Assembly (NCBI GenBank): GCA_016125385.1
Contig: WGLV01000013.1
Span: forward strand, 26,006-90,005
DNA: 64,000 bases
Origin: a bacterium
GTDB taxonomy: Bacteria; Hinthialibacterota; Hinthialibacteria; Hinthialibacterales; Hinthialibacteraceae
Reading direction: 5' to 3'
The position numbers were made by a program, and so were the translations under genes. The notes under the pieces were generated by a model. It had not been told where the DNA came from. It saw nothing but the letters and a program-made list of their open reading frames with translations, and searched no databases. Positions within the stretch are counted from its first letter, which is position 1. Every line of letters begins with the position of its first letter. Below are positions 1 through 9,670 of the stretch, piece by piece.

Positions 1-627
1 CATAACGCTCGAACCGCCCGCCAACGTGGCGATGATAGCCGCACCGGTGGGCGTAACCATTTCATGAGTCCGACCGGTCGAGTACAGCTCAAAACCTTTA
101 AGCATCTCGCTGGCGGCGGGCGGTGGATTGGGAATGTCGCCGTGCCGGGTTCCGGTAATGATGCCTTCACCGACGTGAACCCGCCCGCAGACCACGCGCT
201 CAACGCCCAACAGGTGAACCGCCAGCATGCTTCCGCTGATATCGACGATAGCGTCGAACGAACCGACTTCGTGAAAATGAATCTGATCGAAAGGCTTGTC
301 GTGAACCTTGCCTTCCGCCCGGGCCAGCAGAGTAAACGCGTTTTCAATTCGTTCGCGCACCGCGCCCGGCCACTCAACGCGGTCGACAATCGCGAGCACG
401 TCGCCGAGTTTGCGGTGAACGTGATGCTCTTCTTCAACCGAGACGTGAACCTTTACGCCGGAGAGCGAACCGCGCCGCACCCGCTCCGAACGCAGATCGA
501 ACCCGGGAATTCGCATGCCCGACAGGCGGACGCGCAATTCATCAAGCGGGCAACCCAGATCGGTCAACGCCCCGAGGGTCATATCGCCGCTGACACCGGC
601 GTATGGATCGAAAAATAGCGTTTTCAT
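1..627 (-). CDS. larC: Nickel pincer cofactor biosynthesis protein LarC (3' part runs off the window)
   Basis: Not in the ORF track because there is no stop codon in the window. Manual translation from ATG at 627 gives MKTLFFDPYAGVSGDMTLGALTDLG...EEEHHVHR...IHFHEVGSFDAIVDI...HGDIPNPPPAASEML...EMVTPTGAAII, which are LarC signature motifs. Confidence 0.93.
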   Translation of the reverse strand, partial: MKTLFFDPYAGVSGDMTLGALTDLGCPLDELRVRLSGMRIPGFDLRSERVRRGSLSGVKVHVSVEEEHHVHRKLGDVLAIVDRVEWPGAVRERIENAFTLLARAEGKVHDKPFDQIHFHEVGSFDAIVDISGSMLAVHLLGVERVVCGRVHVGEGIITGTRHGDIPNPPPAASEMLKGFELYSTGRTHEMVTPTGAAIIATLAGGSSVM

Positions 628-978
628 GGCGTCTCTTACGTCCTTCCGGATGAATGCGCGCCAATGGCAATGCGGAAACTTGAACCTCAAAACCGCGCGC
701 CGTATAACTCGCCGGAACGTTTGATCTTATCGGCGAGACGAACCATCGTCCAGTGTTCACCGCGCCGAAAGGATGACCACCAGAGCGAAAGAACGTTATT
801 ATACTTTGTATGACGCCGTTGTATGGAGAGTGCTCGCTTTCATCGCGATTCGCTTTATGCTTACGATGATAATGGGGCGATCCTGGCTCCGCTTCGGGAC
901 GGTTGCGATTGACGCTTTTGCGATCAACTGATCGATTCCACTCGCTTTTCATGAATTGACGAACAAAGGATCTATGGA

Positions 979-2130
979 ATGAATTTTCAGTTTTTGACTC
1001 CCACGCGAATCATCGCTGGACAGGGTTGTTTTGAGGGACTGGGCGGCGAAGCGTCCGCTCTGAGTAAAAAAGCGTTTGTATTCTGCAGCAGCTCGATGGA
1101 GAAATTCGGCTGGCTCAAACGCGCACAGGCCAGTCTGAAAGCCGCGGGCGTCGCCTCACAAACGCTGGTGAAAACGCCCGGCGAACCAACCGTCGAGATG
1201 ACCGACGCGGCGGCCGCCGCGTTACGCGAATCGCGCGCCGAGGTGGTCATCTCCATCGGTGGGGGTTCCGTGATCGATCTCGCCAAAGCCGCCGCCGGTC
1301 TGGCGGTGAATCCCGGGAGCGTAAAAGATTATCTGGAAGGGGTGGGCAAGGGTTTGACTCCCTCCAAAACCGCGCTGCCGCATATCGCCGTTCCCGCCAC
1401 GGCGGGCGCCGGCGCCGAGGTCACCCGCAACGCGGTGATCGCCTGCCGCAAAGAACGCTTCAAAAAAAGTTTCCGCTCGCCGACGCTGTACCCTCGGCTC
1501 GCCCTGCTCGATCCGGAATTAACCGCGTCGCTCCCCCCCCGGCAAACCGCCTTCAGCGGGATGGACGCGATCACTCAATTGATCGAATCGCACTTGTGCG
1601 TGAAGTCGACTCCATTCACCGACGCGCTGGCTCTGCACGGTCTCAGCCTCGCGATGGCCTCCATCGAACGCGCATTCGACGACGGCGCCGATATGGAGGC
1701 GCGAGAAAACATGCTGATCGCCAGTACGATCAGCGGCGTTTGTCTCGCCAACGCGGGGCTCGGCATGGCGCACGGCTTCGCCTCGGGGCTGGGCGCGATG
1801 TACGACGTTCCTCACGGCAAGGTATGCGCGATCCTGTTGCCTTTCGCGTTACGCTTTAACCGGTGCGCGCGGTTTCCCCGCATGGTTGAGATCGCCCGCC
1901 GCATCGTCCCGGGCGAACGCTTGCCGGGCAACGAACAGGTCGACGCCGCCATGAAGCGGATCGACGAATTGAATAAAAAATTCGGCATCCCCAAGAACCT
2001 CGCCGAATTCAACATTCAGGACGCCGATCTCCCCGGGATCGCGGAAAAATCGATGGGGAACAGCATGTCAGGCAACCCCAGCCCGGTCACGCCATCCATC
2101 GCTCAAACGCTGCTCAAGTCGATGAAATGA
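979..2130 (+). CDS. Iron-containing (group III) alcohol dehydrogenase
   Basis: Motifs GGGSVIDLAK, PATAGAGAEVT, DAITQLIE, GMAHG and PHG. Confidence 0.9.
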   Translation: MNFQFLTPTRIIAGQGCFEGLGGEASALSKKAFVFCSSSMEKFGWLKRAQASLKAAGVASQTLVKTPGEPTVEMTDAAAAALRESRAEVVISIGGGSVIDLAKAAAGLAVNPGSVKDYLEGVGKGLTPSKTALPHIAVPATAGAGAEVTRNAVIACRKERFKKSFRSPTLYPRLALLDPELTASLPPRQTAFSGMDAITQLIESHLCVKSTPFTDALALHGLSLAMASIERAFDDGADMEARENMLIASTISGVCLANAGLGMAHGFASGLGAMYDVPHGKVCAILLPFALRFNRCARFPRMVEIARRIVPGERLPGNEQVDAAMKRIDELNKKFGIPKNLAEFNIQDADLPGIAEKSMGNSMSGNPSPVTPSIAQTLLKSMK

Positions 2131-3380
2131 TCGCCTCGCTCAACCGGTCCGCCCGGGCGGCGCTGTTCGCCCTGATCGTGATTCGCCCTTCGCTCGACGC
2201 GCTGACCGAATACGCGTGGCTGGGCGCATGGAAGATCAATCCCGCCGCGTTAACCGGCGGGCTGGCGGCTTTGCTCGGAGCGCTCTGGCTCATTACGCTG
2301 AAGCCCGCCGACCGCCGCCGTACAATGATGAATCAGCTCGGGCTGATATTCGCCGGATGGCTGCTTTGCCTGCTGCCCTGGGCGCTCGTTCCCATGCTCG
2401 GACACGGCGTTGAACGCGCCGCCGGATTGCGTGAATGGCTGCGCCTGTTGAGTTATCTTCCCCTGATCTGGCTGGGCGTTCATGAAGCGGCCGGGGGCCG
2501 GGCTCGCGCGCTCATCCTCGCGATCGCGGCTTCGGCGGTCGTTCCCGCGATAACGGGCGCGGCACAGGGTATTTTTCACACCAGCCCGGTGATTCAAGGG
2601 CTGCATCGAATTCGCGGAACCTTCGTTCATCCCAACCCGTTTTCTTTCTACCTGCTCACTGCGGCGGCGGCGGCGTACTGGCTGTGGCGCACGGAACGGC
2701 GCAAACGATGGGCGGCGGCGTTGGCCGCGCTGCTCGCTGTTTTACTCGCCACCTTCAGCCTGACAGGATTGGGCATGCTGGGGGTGTGGATGGCCGCCGT
2801 GGCGTGGGGCGAGGGCGGCGCGGCGCGATGGAGCGTTATCGCGCTTGGCGTGATGTTAATCGCCGGCATACTCGCCACTGATACAGGACGCACTCGCCTC
2901 GCCGGACTGACGCGCTGGGATAACCTTGATGAGATCGAACGCACTCAGCGCGTAACCGGTTCACACACATGGCGTCTGCTCAACTGGCGATATCTGATTC
3001 GGGAATGGAAGAAACAGCCGGTTTTCGGGTATGGCCTCGCCAGCATTCCCCGCGTGAATCCCAATATCAATAAACAATCCGGCGTGGGGCACGACGCCCA
3101 TAACGATTACGTGCGCTATCTGGTCGAAACCGGCGCGGTGGGTTTGACTCTCTGGCTCACGATGCTGGCTGGCGTGGGCGCCGTGCTGTATCGCGCCTGG
3201 CGTAAAGCGCGCGCGCCGGATATCCGGCGGCTCAGCCTGATCGGCCTGGCGCTGTTTTGCGCCTGGGCGGCGGGCAGCCTGAACGACAACCTCATCTCAG
3301 CCACCGCCTATCAATATCCGCTCTGGCTGATGATGGCGATGGCGGCGGGCGGCGGCGAGGAAACGACGTGCGCATCCTGA
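2127..3380 (+). CDS. O-antigen ligase/polymerase (Wzy_C) family membrane protein
   Basis: Multi-TM protein with RIRGTFVHPN, PVFGYG and AHNDYVRYLVETGAVG. ATGA overlap with the upstream gene. Confidence 0.85.
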   Translation: MIASLNRSARAALFALIVIRPSLDALTEYAWLGAWKINPAALTGGLAALLGALWLITLKPADRRRTMMNQLGLIFAGWLLCLLPWALVPMLGHGVERAAGLREWLRLLSYLPLIWLGVHEAAGGRARALILAIAASAVVPAITGAAQGIFHTSPVIQGLHRIRGTFVHPNPFSFYLLTAAAAAYWLWRTERRKRWAAALAALLAVLLATFSLTGLGMLGVWMAAVAWGEGGAARWSVIALGVMLIAGILATDTGRTRLAGLTRWDNLDEIERTQRVTGSHTWRLLNWRYLIREWKKQPVFGYGLASIPRVNPNINKQSGVGHDAHNDYVRYLVETGAVGLTLWLTMLAGVGAVLYRAWRKARAPDIRRLSLIGLALFCAWAAGSLNDNLISATAYQYPLWLMMAMAAGGGEETTCAS

Positions 3381-4543
3381 TCGTTCACCCATTCGATCCG
3401 TGGGGAGAGAAAACCGGCGGAATCGAAAACCTGACGCGCCTTCTGATCGCCCACGCGCCGGACGACGTATCGATCTCGGCCGCCGGCGTCAGCGAAGATC
3501 CCGCGCGCCCGCCTGAACGCTGGCATTCATTGCAATATGAAAACACGCCCGTCGAATTTTTCCCCCTGTTGTACGAAAACGATCCTAACCTGCGCAAAAC
3601 GATTCCTCTGTTTTTGCGATTCGCCTTTGCGTTGTGGCGTACGCCAATTGAGATGGATGACGCGGTTTGCCTGGTTCATCGCGTTGAGCCGCTGGCGGCG
3701 GCGCGCATTGTTTCCACACGCAACGCCCTCTGTTTTCATTCCGACCCGCGTGAAATAATCAGCCCCTCATCAGAAGTGAAATGGAAACACCTGCCCTGGC
3801 TGTATCGAGCGGTGGAAGCCCGCGCCGTGCGCAAAGCGGCCAGGCTGCTTTGCGTCAACGCCAGCACCGTTGATGAGCTCGCGCGGCGGTATCCTTCCGC
3901 GCCGCGCGCCACCCTGCTTCCGACCTCGTATCGTAATGATGTCTTTCATCGCGCTTCGCGAGAAAAACGCCAGGCGCAACGGGAACATTTCGCAAAAGAA
4001 TACGGTCTCGACGAATCGGCTCGATGGATTGTTTTCGCCGCGCGGCTTGAACGGCAGAAACACCCCGAACTTGCGTTACGGACGCTGGCGGAAACGGCGC
4101 GGCAAGAGCACGTTAACATGCTGGTAATTGGAGAGGGCGGTCTGCGAAGAGAATGTGAGCGTCTCGCCCGGGAACTGGGTCTGAAGGGCTCGGCGCGGTT
4201 CGCCGGACGGCTCGCTCCCGGCGCGTTAGCAAACGCCATGCGCGCGTCGGACCTGTTCTTGATGACATCGCGCTTTGAAGGATTGCCTCTCGCCGCGCTG
4301 GAGGCGTTGGCCTGCGGCTTGCCCGTGGTCAGCACATCCGTGGGTGAGATGGAACACGTGATCCAACCCGGAGTAAACGGCGAACTCGCCGAGGCGAACG
4401 CGGAGGCGCTGGCTAACGCGGCGCTCACCGTTTTGCGCTCTCCTGATCGCTACCCGCCGGAAGTTTGCGCGCGAAGCGCGGCGCCATACCAGCCGGAAAC
4501 CGTCGTCCAGCAATGGTATGACGCCCTGCGCGAACTCGCGTGA
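3368..4543 (+). CDS. Glycosyltransferase family 4 (GT-B)
   Basis: GTG start at 3368 (MRILIV...GGIE); ARLERQKHP and FEGLPLAALEALACGLPVV (EX7E). Confidence 0.9.
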   Translation: MRILIVHPFDPWGEKTGGIENLTRLLIAHAPDDVSISAAGVSEDPARPPERWHSLQYENTPVEFFPLLYENDPNLRKTIPLFLRFAFALWRTPIEMDDAVCLVHRVEPLAAARIVSTRNALCFHSDPREIISPSSEVKWKHLPWLYRAVEARAVRKAARLLCVNASTVDELARRYPSAPRATLLPTSYRNDVFHRASREKRQAQREHFAKEYGLDESARWIVFAARLERQKHPELALRTLAETARQEHVNMLVIGEGGLRRECERLARELGLKGSARFAGRLAPGALANAMRASDLFLMTSRFEGLPLAALEALACGLPVVSTSVGEMEHVIQPGVNGELAEANAEALANAALTVLRSPDRYPPEVCARSAAPYQPETVVQQWYDALRELA

Positions 4544-4555
4544 TTCATACAGCCG

Positions 4556-5137
4556 CTACAATTCGATTTTCGTTCCCAAAACTTTTAAAAATTCCGCCAG
4601 CCACTTGGGGTGCGCGGGCCAGGCGGGCGCGGTCACCAGGTTGCCGTCCACGTGCGCGTCGGTGACAGGTATATCGACGTACTTTCCGCCGCAGGCGTCG
4701 ACATCGGGTCCGACGGCTGGGTACGCGGTGCAAGTCTTCCCTTTCAGCGTTCCCGCCGCGGCCATCAGTTGCATCGCATGGCAGATGGCGGCGATGGGTT
4801 TATCCGCGCTGGCGAAATGCCGCACAATCTCGATCACCCGTTTGTTCAGACGAATATACTCGGGCGCTCGGCCTCCCGGCAGGCACAGCGCATCGTAACT
4901 TTCCGGCTCGATCAAGGCGAAATCGGCGTTCAGCGCGAAATTGTGTCCGGGCTTTTCGCTGTACGTCTGGTCGCCTTCAAAATCATGCACGGCGGTACGC
5001 ACCGTATCGCCCGCTTTTTTGTCGGGGCAGACGGCGTGAACGGTATGCCCCACCATCTGCAACGCCTGAAAGGGAACCATGACCTCGTAATCTTCCACGA
5101 AATCGCCCACAATCATCAGTATTTTTTTGGCTGGCAT
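4556..5137 (-). CDS. DJ-1/PfpI family protein (glyoxalase III/deglycase-like)
   Basis: [20 protein letters not shown], nucleophile elbow [14 protein letters not shown]. Confidence 0.92.
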   Translation of the reverse strand: MPAKKILMIVGDFVEDYEVMVPFQALQMVGHTVHAVCPDKKAGDTVRTAVHDFEGDQTYSEKPGHNFALNADFALIEPESYDALCLPGGRAPEYIRLNKRVIEIVRHFASADKPIAAICHAMQLMAAAGTLKGKTCTAYPAVGPDVDACGGKYVDIPVTDAHVDGNLVTAPAWPAHPKWLAEFLKVLGTKIEL

Positions 5138-5302
5138 ATCAGTCTCCTCAATCGATTTTCATGAACAGAATGACTTTCTCTCATAGTATACCGCTTGCGA
5201 TTTGCTGATCCGAAGCGGCCCCTCCACGATTAATCCGGCTGATTTGCGGCGCACTTCTCATCAGAGAAGAAAGTCGATTCGTTTTTTAAAAAGGAGATCA
5301 GC

Positions 5303-5560
5303 ATGCTTGAGAGCGCATGGAACTCGTTGAACAACAGAAAGACCAACATCGGCGCGGGGCTTTTGCTGGCGGCGGTGGTCATGCAGAACGTGGCGGGCAT
5401 CTGGACGGGAGCGAACGCCCCTGAATGGATTCCCAAGGCGGTTGAAACGATGAACTTCATCGGAAGCCTGATGGCGGGGGTTGGCCTGGGCCACAAGGGA
5501 GTAAAGGCGTTGAAAGGCGAGACCGCCAAAAATCCGGCGGCTACTTCAACGCCTCAATAA
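5303..5560 (+). CDS. Small two-TM membrane protein (holin-like topology)
   Basis: Strong RBS (AAGGAG) upstream; two hydrophobic segments and a basic tail. Overlaps the fliN 3' end by 20 nt. Confidence 0.6.
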   Translation: MLESAWNSLNNRKTNIGAGLLLAAVVMQNVAGIWTGANAPEWIPKAVETMNFIGSLMAGVGLGHKGVKALKGETAKNPAATSTPQ

Positions 5561-6080
5561 TTTCAGTAACGCTGAGAATATCGGTTACGCGAACGCCGAA
5601 GTTTTCACCGATGACGATCATTTCACCCTTGGCGAAGCCACGCGCGTTCACCAAAAGGTCGACGGGCTCACCGTTCAGCTTGTTGAGTTCCAACACCGAA
5701 CCCGAGCCCATCTCCAGAATGTCGCGGACGGTTTTCCGGGTTTTGCCAAGCTCAACGCGAATCTCAAGGTCAAGGTTGAGAATCACGTCGAGGTTGGTGG
5801 TCTCCATCGCCGGTTCTTCTTCGTCAAACGGCACGAAGACGGCGGGCTGAACCTGAACCGAGCGATCCAGTTTGGCTGATCGCTGATGTTTGGTTTTTGA
5901 TTCGCCGCCCCCCTGCATCTGATCGAAGCTGGGCATGGAAGCGGAGGCGGAGGCGGATGAATAGGAAGGTTTTTTAGGCGCGGGACGCGGGGCTTCTTCC
6001 GCCACGTCGTCCTGCGCCTGATCGGCCAGACCCGACTTAAGCAGAAGATCGATTTCTTCTTGTGAAAGCAGATCGCTCAT
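5541..6080 (-). CDS. fliN: Flagellar motor switch protein FliN with N-terminal CheY-binding-type peptide
   Basis: MSDLLSQEEIDLLL N-terminus and C-terminal SpoA domain (VELGKT...GSVLELNKLNGEPVDLLVN...GE...FGVRVTDI). Confidence 0.88.
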   Translation of the reverse strand: MSDLLSQEEIDLLLKSGLADQAQDDVAEEAPRPAPKKPSYSSASASASMPSFDQMQGGGESKTKHQRSAKLDRSVQVQPAVFVPFDEEEPAMETTNLDVILNLDLEIRVELGKTRKTVRDILEMGSGSVLELNKLNGEPVDLLVNARGFAKGEMIVIGENFGVRVTDILSVTEIIEALK

Positions 6081-6214
6081 ACCCGTCCTCAACCATCAAA
6101 CTCAATGAATTCTGACCGCATCATAGCACAAAATCAACTTTTTTCATTCCACGAAAAGACATGCGGACGCGAGCGCCATCGTTCACGCCTGTTGAAACGA
6201 ACCCTCGCGCACGC

Positions 6215-7306
6215 TTACAGATTCAGTTTTTTCTTTAATTTTTTATACACCGTGTAGGCGTATTCAAACACGGCCTCGGCGTGGGCGTTCCATTCAAAAT
6301 AGTGTTCTTTGACGCCTTCCGGCGAGATGAGCGAACGCCCCAGCGAGTCATCGCTTCCATGAAACGGAAGCAACTCCTCCACGATGCCGATAAACTGAAC
6401 TCCATACCCCACCGGATACGGATAAGGGCAGTTGGGCGGCTCCGGCCCCGTATGCTCAATGCGAATAATGCCCAGCATCTTCACGTGAGATAGCGATACG
6501 CCGATCTGGCGGGACGCCTCACGCCGGAAGGTATCTTCGGGCGATTCGCCGATATCGATCCGGCCGCCGATAATCTCCCAACCCCGGCCAGGAATGTTGG
6601 CGAGCACCAGTTTATCGCCATGAAAGACGAACCCGCCCGAGATACAGGTCAGATCGGGCGGCGGCAGATGTTCGGTGGGTTCAAAAAAGATTTTGCTGCC
6701 GCTGCCCCACGTCGTTTCAGGAAAGCGCGGTTTCTCGGTTTCGCGAGAAGGATGTTTTGGGCCTGCGGGTCTGATTTTGATCGAGGGCCTCACTACCTTT
6801 TTAGTCGAGGCCTTCACCGCCGCAGGGCTTTTCTTCACGGTTTTAACGGGAGACTTTGCGGCCGGCTTTGGCGATTTTTTCGTCTCGGGCTTTCGTACAT
6901 CCTTGACCTTCGTCTTTTTTACGGGCGAAGGTTTGGACGTTTTTTTCTGATTCGAAACGGCTTTAGGAACAGCACCCTTTTTGGTTACCGGCGTTTTCGA
7001 CGGCGATTTGGGGGCCGCTTTTTTTGAGGTGGCTTTTTGCGCCGCCGGATTGCTTTTCGCGGATTTTTTTACGGAGCCGGTTTTCGCCATTTTTGCGGGC
7101 TTGTTTTTTGGAGCGGCGCTCTTTTTCAGCGTGGATTTACTGGCGGATGCACGGGTGTTCGCCGCTTTCGCCCGGGTTTGATCAGCTTTTTTAGGGGTGG
7201 AGGTTGTTTTTTTCGCTTTCGCCTTGTTTTTTTGCGCGGCTCTGGACGCGGCGGAAGTCGACTGACTCTTTTTATTCGCTGATTTCTTTGAGTTTGCGGC
7301 CGCCAT
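6215..7306 (-). CDS. Lys/Ala/Pro-rich histone-H1-like region fused to a Nudix-fold domain
   Basis: About 190 aa K/A/S/P-rich low-complexity N-terminus; C-terminal RGWEIIGGRIDIGESPEDTFRREASRQIG Nudix-box variant. Confidence 0.8.
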   Translation of the reverse strand: MAAANSKKSANKKSQSTSAASRAAQKNKAKAKKTTSTPKKADQTRAKAANTRASASKSTLKKSAAPKNKPAKMAKTGSVKKSAKSNPAAQKATSKKAAPKSPSKTPVTKKGAVPKAVSNQKKTSKPSPVKKTKVKDVRKPETKKSPKPAAKSPVKTVKKSPAAVKASTKKVVRPSIKIRPAGPKHPSRETEKPRFPETTWGSGSKIFFEPTEHLPPPDLTCISGGFVFHGDKLVLANIPGRGWEIIGGRIDIGESPEDTFRREASRQIGVSLSHVKMLGIIRIEHTGPEPPNCPYPYPVGYGVQFIGIVEELLPFHGSDDSLGRSLISPEGVKEHYFEWNAHAEAVFEYAYTVYKKLKKKLNL

Positions 7307-7425
7307 GTTCTAATCCTTACTTGGATTGCCGCCCCGAGAGCACGTTTTCGAGCCACCCATTCCGAGCTCGCAGCGGAGAAAATTCATCCGATATTTACAT
7401 CATGGGCAGAATGCTTACGCCACAA

Positions 7426-7455
7426 ATTATATTCGATTTTACTTTTGGGATGCAA
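7426..7455 (-). promoter_or_regulatory. Putative sigma70 promoter for the H1-like/Nudix gene
   Basis: Minus strand TTGCAT-N18-TATAAT in an AT-rich intergenic region. Confidence 0.55.
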
Positions 7456-7678
7456 TACGGCAACCAAAAAGACCTCATTCTTTTTTTATTTATTAATACA
7501 AGCAAATTATTTGACAACGACATAAAATCATATTTTTATTACACTTACATAATTTTCCACTTATCCGAGACCCTGATGCAAATTAAACAAAAATGTCCTG
7601 AAAATCGCGAAAAATCGATTCAATCCACAAAATTAAGCCATTTCATGGCGTAAATTATGGCGGCTCAGAGTATTCAGA

Positions 7679-9652
7679 ATGCATTTTCCACCACTTTATT
7701 CATCCACTTCGATGAATTTCAATACCGGTAACGAAATGTCTTATCGACCCGTATGCGGATGCCGGACCATGGATGCTTCAACTCAACCACACGGAAAGCA
7801 AACCCGATTCAAATCGGCGTTCCGGTTTTCCTTCAATACAGGCAGCCGCCGCCTGTTTATCTTTCTATGGGCGATTTGTGGGCTGTGGCCTCTTTTTCTG
7901 CTCACTCTAACGGTATCAATCTCCAATCCCGGTTTTCTTGACTCGTGTCCAGTTACGTTGGCTTCTTTATCAGCTGGCGCGGGCCTGATCGCCGCTTTCG
8001 GTTTTACTCTAGCCTCCCGCCTGATCATGCGCGGGCGTTGGTCGAATTACCTCGTCCCGGCTCGGCGTATCACTGCGCTGGCCTGGATCATCCCCCTGGC
8101 GGGTTTCATGGCGCTGGGCATCGTTTCAGCCGGTTGGCGAATGAGCCAGCCCCGGCTCAATGACGCCCGTTTCATCGTGTTTGGGCTCGACGCCGCCACC
8201 TGGGATATCATCGATCCCCTGTTGGAACAGGATAAACTGCCCAATCTCAAAAGACTTATCGACTCAGGCGCTCGCGCCGATTTCATCAGCCTCGAACCGA
8301 TCCGTTCTCCGCTCGTTTGGACCAGCATCGCGACCGGGCGCCCGCCTGAAGCGCATGGAGTGGAAGGTTTTTTTTCGACCCGGCTTGACCTTCGCGTCCC
8401 GCGCCTGTGGGATGTGGCGCACGCCGCCCGGCTCCGCGTCGGTCTGTTTCGATGGCTGACAACCTGGCCGGTGCTCGATTCGTTTGAATTCGTCGTCCCG
8501 TCATGGATCGCGCGCTCGCCGGAAGCCTGGCCGGCGGATTGCGGCTGCATCCAGCAGACGCTGCTCGAACAAGGCGTGGATGGGGCCTATAACCCTGCCT
8601 CCGCGTTGTTTGGTTGCGCCCGGCTGGGCGCGGGAGCGGGCGCAATCGACCGGATGACGTGGTTCTACCTGAGCGACGCGGTGGGTTTAAGCGAAGAAGA
8701 ACGGCTGGAGCGAAAAGCGCTAAGCGAAGTACGTCTTCAGACCGATCTGTTCATAGCATTAATGCGGCGCCATCGCCCCAACGCCGCCGCATTCTGCCTG
8801 TACGGAACCGACCAACTGGGGCATCGATTCTGGCATTACATGAAACCAGACCAATTCCACTCTCCGCCGCCGAACGCCTGCCCTGAATTCGCCTCCGTGA
8901 TCGAACGCTATTACCACGCGGCGGATCGCGCCATTGGCCGCGTACTGCGTTCGCTTCCCCCTGATTGCCGCGTGGCGGTGATTTCAGACCACGGCATGAA
9001 GGCCGATCCCGCCCTGCCTGGCCAGTATTTCGCCGACATGGACGCCATTCTTTCCGCTCTGGGGCGGCGAGGCGAGTTTCGCCATCATACCATCGAACGG
9101 CATATTCTGATCGATCCCGCCCCCGGCCATGAAAATCAGCTGGACGCCCTCGCGAACGGCCTCGGCCGCATCCATTTCACCGGCGATGAAGATCCCATTT
9201 TCACGACCGAACGCGAAGGGAACACCCTGTCGGTACGCACCAATTTTTCACTGACCGCTCATCCCGATTCGCCGCTGGCACAGAATCCAACCATTGAGAT
9301 CGCGGGCGAAACCATCCCGACCGGGCGGCTCTTTTTTGTACGCTATTTTTCTGGGACGCATGATTTAAAAGGCGTAATGGTTCTGCACGGGCCGGGCGTA
9401 AGGGCGGGGGCGCGTCTGGGCGAGGTTTCATTGCTCGATTTCGCCCCCACGGCGTTGTACTGGCTCGATCTGCCCATCAGCCGTGAGATGGAAGGCCGTG
9501 TCGTCAGCGAAGCGTTCAAGGAAGGCGCGCTGGAAGCCCGGCCGGCGAAGTACGTGGACGAGTATCCCGCGCTGAGGGAGAATGGGGGCGAGGTTCCCGG
9601 CGACCAGAACGCCTTTATGGAGCGCCTGCGCAGCCTGGGTTATGTTGAATAA
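7679..9652 (+). CDS. Membrane-anchored alkaline phosphatase superfamily (type I phosphodiesterase-like) protein; true start may be downstream
   Basis: Three N-terminal TM helices, then FGLDAATW, SPLVWTSIATG, DQLGHRFW, SDHG, SGTH and C-terminal RLRSLGY. Confidence 0.85.
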   Translation: MHFPPLYSSTSMNFNTGNEMSYRPVCGCRTMDASTQPHGKQTRFKSAFRFSFNTGSRRLFIFLWAICGLWPLFLLTLTVSISNPGFLDSCPVTLASLSAGAGLIAAFGFTLASRLIMRGRWSNYLVPARRITALAWIIPLAGFMALGIVSAGWRMSQPRLNDARFIVFGLDAATWDIIDPLLEQDKLPNLKRLIDSGARADFISLEPIRSPLVWTSIATGRPPEAHGVEGFFSTRLDLRVPRLWDVAHAARLRVGLFRWLTTWPVLDSFEFVVPSWIARSPEAWPADCGCIQQTLLEQGVDGAYNPASALFGCARLGAGAGAIDRMTWFYLSDAVGLSEEERLERKALSEVRLQTDLFIALMRRHRPNAAAFCLYGTDQLGHRFWHYMKPDQFHSPPPNACPEFASVIERYYHAADRAIGRVLRSLPPDCRVAVISDHGMKADPALPGQYFADMDAILSALGRRGEFRHHTIERHILIDPAPGHENQLDALANGLGRIHFTGDEDPIFTTEREGNTLSVRTNFSLTAHPDSPLAQNPTIEIAGETIPTGRLFFVRYFSGTHDLKGVMVLHGPGVRAGARLGEVSLLDFAPTALYWLDLPISREMEGRVVSEAFKEGALEARPAKYVDEYPALRENGGEVPGDQNAFMERLRSLGYVE

Positions 9653-9670
9653 AAACCGAAATACGCAGAG

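Noticed and set aside
64..618. 184 aa plus-strand ORF
   Set aside because: Antisense shadow of larC, which has clear family motifs on the minus strand.
979..2130. Fe-ADH as the missing BMC alcohol dehydrogenase
   Set aside because: About 49 kb away, has no encapsulation peptide, and is coupled to glycan genes.
5303..5560. Prophage remnant around the holin-like ORF
   Set aside because: No integrase, endolysin, structural genes or att-like repeats in the flanks.
6760..7300. Low-complexity repeats resembling a tandem array or CRISPR
   Set aside because: Explained by Lys/Ala-rich coding sequence; no constant repeat-spacer period.
7204..7653. 149 aa ORF across the AT-rich intergenic region
   Set aside because: Overlaps the Nudix gene start and its promoter; atypical composition and no motifs.
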